Below the pieces are notes generated by a model. That model did not search any database and had not been told where the DNA came from. It saw nothing but the letters and a program-made list of their open reading frames with translations. Source: a virus (Duplodnaviria; Caudoviricetes). From it: 58,736 bases of DNA. The position numbers were made by a program, and so were the translations under genes. This document shows positions 52,579 to 58,736 of the stretch, one piece after another; the stretch's first letter is position 1, and every line of letters starts with the position of its first letter. The stretch covers positions 1 through 58,736 of IMG/VR virus record IMGVR_UViG_3300023243_000165. The stretch is one strand, 5' to 3'.

Positions 52579-55500
52579 TATTGTTGTCCTCTGTTTGCTA
52601 TAGCTTGTCCTAATGGATCGTTTGGAAATAGACTTTGAAATTGCTGTGTATTAACTGGTTGTGTATTTTGAACAGGTTGAACCGGTTGTACAGGTTGTTG
52701 TGATAGATATTTTGGATCAACTAAACCTTGGTACGAAGGTGCTTGTCCTGAATTTTGTGGCATATAATTAGCTATTGCAGTTGCTGTTTGGCCACCCTTA
52801 TCAGAGCCTTCTAAGAAATTTACTCCTCCAATATCTTCTGCTTGTGAACTTTTGTTTACAACATTTATCTCTGGAAATAAATCATTTCTTAATTTAGGGT
52901 TAAAGGCACTAGTACTAAAACCAAATGCAGGTACTTTAATGTTTTTATTAATTAAATAGTCTGTAACTTCTTCAAAGTTAATCTTCTTAGGGTCTATATC
53001 AGGAAAATCTTTATCTTCATCTGCGGCCCAATTAAGTAATTTAAACATAGACTTAGGCATATTAGTCGGGCTTATTGTTTTACCTAACTTATCAAATCTC
53101 TCCATGTCTGTATAAACATCTAATAATAATTTTACCGATTTAGGATTAGATAATAAATAACCACCACCCCCTAAAAGTAATGCAAAAGGTATCGCTGCAG
53201 CAATAGTACCACCACCTGCAATAAATGCCCCAGCTGCTCCAGCCGCTCCACCAGAAAGAATAATTCTTCTCATAATAAATTGTTGTGAGTCTGAAATTAA
53301 TTTACCGTACTCTTTATCTAGAATATCAATCATTTGTCTTAAATCATTTGCTGCGGCCTTTCCTGAAGCTCCTCCGCCATACATTTCAGTCCATTTAGCC
53401 ATTGAAGCTTCTTTACTAGCTTCATCTGTATAACCCATAGCTTCTCTAAATTTTTTAATATTAAAGTTCCCAGCTTCCCCGGCTTTAATTCTTAAATCAG
53501 TTACATCCACTTCACCAATTTTATATTTTTGTGCAATCACAGGATCTATTCTTGTAACTTGTTCTAATTCTTTTGTTCCCGCTGTATCAAATATCTCATC
53601 GTAATTTTTATAGTTTACAGCACCTACTCTTTCTGCATCCGCTAATCTGTCGGCTATAGTTTTTCCAGCAAGATTAGGTTGTTTTTCAAATGATTTCATA
53701 AATGAATCCCAAATGTATCTTGATCTTGCTCTATTAAATAACTCATTACCTTCTTTAAAGTTAGGGTTGTTTGCACCAAATAAAAATCTTAATTCTTTAA
53801 TACCATCAGCTGAACCTTTAGAAAATTCTTGACTCAAAACTTTATTCCACATTTGGTCACCAGATACTTTAACCGGTAAATTATTTAACATTCCTTTTAC
53901 AGAAAAAATATTAGCTGAGCTATTTACAATTTTTCTTGCAGTAGGTTTATTAAAAGCCCCTACAATTGTACTAAAATATCTATTAGCAGATTCTAGTTGT
54001 ACACCAAAATCACCCATACCTTTTTGTATTTTCATAGCAAATTCATCAGCAGCTTCTTTTCCTGTTGAGTTTAAAAGGTCATCATATTGTTGTTTGAAAT
54101 TTGCACTTGCTAAATAACCTTGAATATTATTTGGATCAGCTACTTTGTTAAAGTCTTCCTTAAAACCAGTTCTTAAAGAATATGCTATTTGAGAGGGGTC
54201 TCTCATTCTAGTTATAGCTAAATTACCTGTTAATACTTTCATTAACCCTTGATATTCTCTTGGTGTTATTTGATCATCAATAGATCTAATTTTACTTATA
54301 ACTTCTATAAGAGAATCATCGAAACCAGATTCTTTCATTTTTGTAGCTGTGTACTCTGTAATACCTCTATCATCAGTTGATTTACCTAAAAAAGAGTCAG
54401 GCAAAGTTTCTTCAAACCTTTTCATAAAGTCAGAAGCTACTTGTTTAACTTTAGTAGTAGGTATAAATTTAGGATTGTTCATACCATCCGCTATTGTATC
54501 CACCATTTTAAACTGTGTTTGAATAGTTTTATTATAATCTAAAAAGTTTTTTTGCATTGCTGGTAAGAATTGATACTGCAACATACCTACTTGTTCTAAG
54601 GGTGCTTTAGCTATCACTTCATCTAAAAATCTTGTAAATAATTGTTTTTCAACTGCTGCTCTTTGTTTTTTTGCAAAGATATTAGCAAATGGAAATACAC
54701 CAAACACTTTTTCAAAGCCTTGTACAATTTTACCACCAAACTTTTCTGTTTGTGCTACAGTTGATGCACTCAATTTTATTCCTCTTGTTTGAGCTGCTTC
54801 CGTTAGCGCTTTAGATTCTTTACCTAAACCTAAAATACCTTTAGTTCCTTTTAATGTTGCACCTAATATAGGAGCTAAAGAAGATCCTGCTAAATTAAAA
54901 AAAGCTGCATTACGCATTGCTTCTACAGAATGAAGTAACACTTGTTGAGCATAAGGTAATTTTTTAACATCATTATCTGAAATCTCACCTAAATCATTAT
55001 TAGCTGCTACATTAAAATCAGTTGCAACATTAGCCATGTCATATAAAACTGAACCTGCTCCTGCGCCCCCTGCACCTGCTAATTGAGATTTTGCTTCCGT
55101 AATTAATAATTGTGAAGGTGCTTTTGATACTGTTCTAAAACCATCAGCAACTCTTCCAAATGCTCTTGCAACACTACCTAACATTTTAAAGTTTTTTACA
55201 ACTGGTAATTTGCCTAAAGCTTTTTCGTATTTGTCAAAATTTATAGACGCTGCTCTTAGTTTGTCTGCTGCATAAGTAGCACTTGGGTCTTTAGTAAATG
55301 CACTAACTATTTTAGGCATGTCGTTAAGGTAAACAGCTCCACTACCTGCTACGTCTCCTATTAATTCTAAATCAGATCTTTCAACACCTTCACCTGTAAA
55401 CGGAAAGATACCTTCTGTTGCTGTTTTAAAGGGATCTGCTTTTTTAGTTTTTTCTCTTGCTATTAATTTTGCACCAAGATTTCTTTCTTTTTCTACTTCA

Positions 55501-55634
55501 GCTACATTTGTGTAACCTTTAAGTTGGCCAGATTCTAAAGCTAAATCAACTGCTGCTCTTTGATCGTTGTTTAACGCTGAAGGATCAAATGTTTTTTCAT
55601 CTAATCTTTGTTGTAATTCTTGTAGTGTAGCCAT
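52578..55634 (-). CDS. Large internal virion/ejection protein
   Basis: 1018 aa helical; C-terminal TM-like segment and 'FQSLFPND'; last of three ejection genes. Confidence 0.72.
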   Translation of the reverse strand: MATLQELQQRLDEKTFDPSALNNDQRAAVDLALESGQLKGYTNVAEVEKERNLGAKLIAREKTKKADPFKTATEGIFPFTGEGVERSDLELIGDVAGSGAVYLNDMPKIVSAFTKDPSATYAADKLRAASINFDKYEKALGKLPVVKNFKMLGSVARAFGRVADGFRTVSKAPSQLLITEAKSQLAGAGGAGAGSVLYDMANVATDFNVAANNDLGEISDNDVKKLPYAQQVLLHSVEAMRNAAFFNLAGSSLAPILGATLKGTKGILGLGKESKALTEAAQTRGIKLSASTVAQTEKFGGKIVQGFEKVFGVFPFANIFAKKQRAAVEKQLFTRFLDEVIAKAPLEQVGMLQYQFLPAMQKNFLDYNKTIQTQFKMVDTIADGMNNPKFIPTTKVKQVASDFMKRFEETLPDSFLGKSTDDRGITEYTATKMKESGFDDSLIEVISKIRSIDDQITPREYQGLMKVLTGNLAITRMRDPSQIAYSLRTGFKEDFNKVADPNNIQGYLASANFKQQYDDLLNSTGKEAADEFAMKIQKGMGDFGVQLESANRYFSTIVGAFNKPTARKIVNSSANIFSVKGMLNNLPVKVSGDQMWNKVLSQEFSKGSADGIKELRFLFGANNPNFKEGNELFNRARSRYIWDSFMKSFEKQPNLAGKTIADRLADAERVGAVNYKNYDEIFDTAGTKELEQVTRIDPVIAQKYKIGEVDVTDLRIKAGEAGNFNIKKFREAMGYTDEASKEASMAKWTEMYGGGASGKAAANDLRQMIDILDKEYGKLISDSQQFIMRRIILSGGAAGAAGAFIAGGGTIAAAIPFALLLGGGGYLLSNPKSVKLLLDVYTDMERFDKLGKTISPTNMPKSMFKLLNWAADEDKDFPDIDPKKINFEEVTDYLINKNIKVPAFGFSTSAFNPKLRNDLFPEINVVNKSSQAEDIGGVNFLEGSDKGGQTATAIANYMPQNSGQAPSYQGLVDPKYLSQQPVQPVQPVQNTQPVNTQQFQSLFPNDPLGQAIANRGQQ

Positions 55635-57790
55635 TACTGAATACTCCCAAGTACGTCCTCTTGGTTTGCTTGTACGTTTGCAGTAGCTTGCGCACTATTT
55701 CTATCTGCATAAATTTTTCTAATATAAGGCATTTGTGTGAAACTTAATAAGAAATCTTCATTACCACCGGCTTCCATGTAGTTTTTAGATAGTCTTAAAA
55801 ACTGTGCTTCTAAGTCTTTAGATAAATTTCTGTAAGATGATCTAACTTCTTTTTCACCTGTAAATACACCCATAATTCTTGTAGCTTGTTCCGCATCTTG
55901 TACGTCAGCTCTCGTTAATCTATCTTCAGTTTTGTTAGCGTTTGCAAGAATATATTTCATTCTAACTTCAATTAGTCTTGCTCTTGTAATATTATCTAAT
56001 TCACCGTCAGTTGTTTTAGCTCCATCAGTAACTGATCTTATTTCTTTTTTATAGTCATCTACAACTTTCTGTGTATCTTTTCTTTCTTTTTCAGTACTTG
56101 CTACAACATTTCCAGCGTCATCTAATTTATCTGCTGTAATTAAATCAACTATTTCAGCATCAGCGTTTGTACTTGCAGTTCCAATGTCCCCAATACCTGC
56201 TAATTCAAATACATCTCCTATAGCTCCTGTAACTTTTTCAAAACCTAATTTACCTTTAGCAGTTAAACCAAATGCTTCTTTAGGTAACGAGTCTACTATT
56301 TGAGTAAATTTAAAACCTTGTTCAATACTAGATAATTGTTTTCTCATTTTATCTAATCTTGCAGGTGATTTTTTAACTGTTGTATATTCTGTATACTTCA
56401 TTGGAACAGCTTGTGTTCCCGTCCCATCTGCAGTTGGTACAAACATAATATCTAAACCTGTTTCTTTATCTATTCCTTTTTCTACTGTTCTTGCACCAAA
56501 AGGTAAACTTGGATCTCTGATAACAACTGTTTGTCTTGTTTTATCTGCTTTGATTACTCCAGCTGTCTTTTGTTTTTCTTTTGCTTTTAAAAACGATACT
56601 GCTAAATCTTTTCTTCTATCTTGTTCTTTACTAAATAAAGCTAAGGCTGTATCAGCAACCCCTCCACCTGATTGTCCTGCAACATCTAAAAACCCTCTAA
56701 CACCATCTCTAGAAGTTTTACCTGACATTAAACCTGTAGCAAACTTCATAAGTAAAAGATTACTTGTTTGATCATTACCACCAGTTAAGTTTGTAATTCT
56801 ATCGTAGAATGCATTAAATTCATCAGCATCTTTACTAGCTGCCATTTTCTTTTTAATAAGGGCACCTTTCTTAGCGTTATCCTCTTGTTGCTTAGCCATA
56901 AACTGTATCTCATCTTCATCTAAATCTGTTACTCTTGAAACTTTTGGTAACTCTGCTTCATTAGTTATATTAGCCCCGCCTGTTACATTTTTATCAAATG
57001 TAAACACATCCGCTATTTGATCTGCTGTAGCTGTAGGTGTTGTTTCCCCTGTTTGCTCATTTTTATAAGCTTCATCTAATTTCATTTGTGCAATTTTTTT
57101 GTAACTTGGTGATCCAATAATTACTTCTTGTCCATCAATAACCGTAGGTTTACCAAGATTGTTTTTATCTTGCTCTACACTTCTTAATACATCTTTTACT
57201 GTAAATGGAACTGGTTCACCTAAAACTTTTTCTTCTGCTGGTGCTTCATCCCCTAAAACTAAACCTGTCCCAATACCTCCTAGACCTACTGCTGTAGTTC
57301 CTTTTGGTATTCTTTTTGTAAATTCTTTTCCTGTTGATTGCATTGCTGCTGATGTTTGTGGAAACTTACTTTTTAATGTTCTTTGTGCACCTGTAAGTCT
57401 TAAACCTCTTGCTGCTAATGGTGTACCTAAAGCTAACTGACCTATACCTGAAGCAATTTGACCAAAGTCTCCCTCTCTACTACCTGTTACGATATCTCCA
57501 ACACCTTCTCCACCAAGTAAAACACCTGTACCAAGTTCCGTAGATCCTGTAGCTCCTGGAAACTTTTTAGCTCCTCTAGCCATTAAACCTTGTAACCCTG
57601 TACCTGATGTTCCTGTTCCTAAACCTGCACCTGAAGAACCTAAAGCTTTTTGATAACCCATTTTAGCACCTGATGCTGCACGAGCTGCTCTAATACCTTT
57701 AAGAGTTCTGTAACCTTTAGCCGCTGCGGGACCTACTCTTGCAAGAGTAGCGCCTATTCCCATCAATGCTGGTGGAATAAATAAAGGCAT
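55634..57790 (-). CDS. Internal virion/ejection protein
   Basis: 718 aa, Gly/Ala-rich N-terminus. Confidence 0.7.
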   Translation of the reverse strand: MPLFIPPALMGIGATLARVGPAAAKGYRTLKGIRAARAASGAKMGYQKALGSSGAGLGTGTSGTGLQGLMARGAKKFPGATGSTELGTGVLLGGEGVGDIVTGSREGDFGQIASGIGQLALGTPLAARGLRLTGAQRTLKSKFPQTSAAMQSTGKEFTKRIPKGTTAVGLGGIGTGLVLGDEAPAEEKVLGEPVPFTVKDVLRSVEQDKNNLGKPTVIDGQEVIIGSPSYKKIAQMKLDEAYKNEQTGETTPTATADQIADVFTFDKNVTGGANITNEAELPKVSRVTDLDEDEIQFMAKQQEDNAKKGALIKKKMAASKDADEFNAFYDRITNLTGGNDQTSNLLLMKFATGLMSGKTSRDGVRGFLDVAGQSGGGVADTALALFSKEQDRRKDLAVSFLKAKEKQKTAGVIKADKTRQTVVIRDPSLPFGARTVEKGIDKETGLDIMFVPTADGTGTQAVPMKYTEYTTVKKSPARLDKMRKQLSSIEQGFKFTQIVDSLPKEAFGLTAKGKLGFEKVTGAIGDVFELAGIGDIGTASTNADAEIVDLITADKLDDAGNVVASTEKERKDTQKVVDDYKKEIRSVTDGAKTTDGELDNITRARLIEVRMKYILANANKTEDRLTRADVQDAEQATRIMGVFTGEKEVRSSYRNLSKDLEAQFLRLSKNYMEAGGNEDFLLSFTQMPYIRKIYADRNSAQATANVQANQEDVLGSIQ

Positions 57791-57793
57791 GTG

Positions 57794-58633
57794 TTATCTC
57801 CTATTTGCCATGTTATAGGCAGCATATGCACCTATTCCTGTACCTGCTGCTTGCGCTAATGGATTAGTTCCTGGTGCCGTGGTCGCTGTAACGGCAGACT
57901 GCGATGTTGGCATATTAGTCATGATTCCTTTTAAGAACTCTAGTCTTTGGTAAGGCTCATAAGATTGTGCCATTGTACTTGCTCTTGATGCATCTAATGC
58001 TTGCTGTCCTAACTGTTGTTGTACTCCACCGGCTTGTAATAGACTAGCAATATCTGCTTGTTGCATTGCTTGTTGTTGACCACCTAAAGCTCCTAATAAT
58101 TGACCTGCTTGTTGTTGTAAACCTTGTTGTTGCATCCCTGCACCTAGCGCAGTGTTAAATCCTCCAGCCATTGATTGACCAATGTTTGCTTGAGTTGCTC
58201 TTTGTAATTCTGCTTGTTGCACACCTTCACGGCCTCCACCAAACGCTCCTGCATTAACTGCATTAGCTGATAGTTGATTTTGTGCCATTTGACCTTGTCT
58301 ACCAATTTCATCTGTCACGTATGATTGATAAGGATTTAAAAATTGATTAATGTTAGGTCCTGCTGTTGATTGTAGTACTGAACCTATTCCTGCAGCTGTA
58401 GTAGGTGCTCCAACACCTGTTGTACCTGCTTGTTGAAAACCTGTTTGTTGTAAACCACTAGGTCCTGCAACTTGAAAACCTGGAATACCTACCGGAGTAG
58501 ATGCAAGTTTTGCTGCCTGATCATAAAGAGCAAGCTTTCTGCTTTCTACTTCTGGTGCTTCTCTAGCTATTGATACTTGTGTCCCTGAAGAGGATCCACC
58601 GCCACCGCCGCCGCCGCCAAATATAAAACTCAT
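57794..58633 (-). CDS. DNA pilot/ejection protein
   Basis: Poly-Gly N-terminus, Gln-rich, 'NPYQSYV', 'GAFGGGR'. Confidence 0.78.
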   Translation of the reverse strand: MSFIFGGGGGGGGSSSGTQVSIAREAPEVESRKLALYDQAAKLASTPVGIPGFQVAGPSGLQQTGFQQAGTTGVGAPTTAAGIGSVLQSTAGPNINQFLNPYQSYVTDEIGRQGQMAQNQLSANAVNAGAFGGGREGVQQAELQRATQANIGQSMAGGFNTALGAGMQQQGLQQQAGQLLGALGGQQQAMQQADIASLLQAGGVQQQLGQQALDASRASTMAQSYEPYQRLEFLKGIMTNMPTSQSAVTATTAPGTNPLAQAAGTGIGAYAAYNMANRR

Positions 58634-58736
58634 ATTATTTTAACTCCTTTGTGTATAAATATCTTTTTACTTGCCATTGTTTACCTTTTAAAAACTGTTG
58701 CCAACCCGGTCTTGCATGCACTGCTATCTTTTTGCA
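58611..58736. repeat. Terminal overlap, copy 2
   Basis: Identical to 10-135; joins ORF 34..495 to ORF 57794..58633 across the circle. Confidence 0.97.

Noticed and set aside
1-58736. tRNA genes, integrase, RNA polymerase, ribonucleotide reductase, stop-codon reassignment
   Set aside because: None recognisable by eye; genes are full length and tightly packed under the standard code

Overview
The window is an apparently complete, circularly assembled ~58.6 kb AT-rich podovirus-like phage genome: bases 10-135 are repeated exactly at 58611-58736. Nearly all genes lie on the minus strand. Modules are: P22-like portal, ejection and tail-nozzle genes; major capsid protein, scaffold and GroES-like co-chaperonin; a tandem array of glycine-rich tail-fibre/partner cassettes; two glycosyltransferases and two 2OG-Fe(II) oxygenases; an M15 peptidase endolysin; terminase subunits separated by a GC-rich early region; and a replication module (family A DNA polymerase, AEP-type primase, UvrD-like and SNF2-like helicases, SSB-like protein, PD-(D/E)XK nuclease). 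Gene content and order resemble marine HTVC023P/HTVC027P-type pelagiphages; this, and the implied SAR11-like host, are inferences from recall. I found no integrase, tRNA, CRISPR array or reverse transcriptase. The most interesting unexplained signals are: (1) about 11 otherwise unrelated late proteins sharing short xxGG tags and C-terminal motifs, plus a micro-protein copying the capsid N-terminus; (2) a promoter- and terminator-bounded ~70 nt RNA complementary to the RBS/start of three early genes; (3) co-oriented tripartite GC-rich repeats upstream of the early promoters; (4) an iteron and inverted-repeat origin-like locus; (5) a dispersed YCGTGRWYCGTG motif; (6) unannotated micro-ORFs resembling ArfA and the ribonucleotide reductase C-terminal tail. 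All family assignments come from motif recognition, not database searches.
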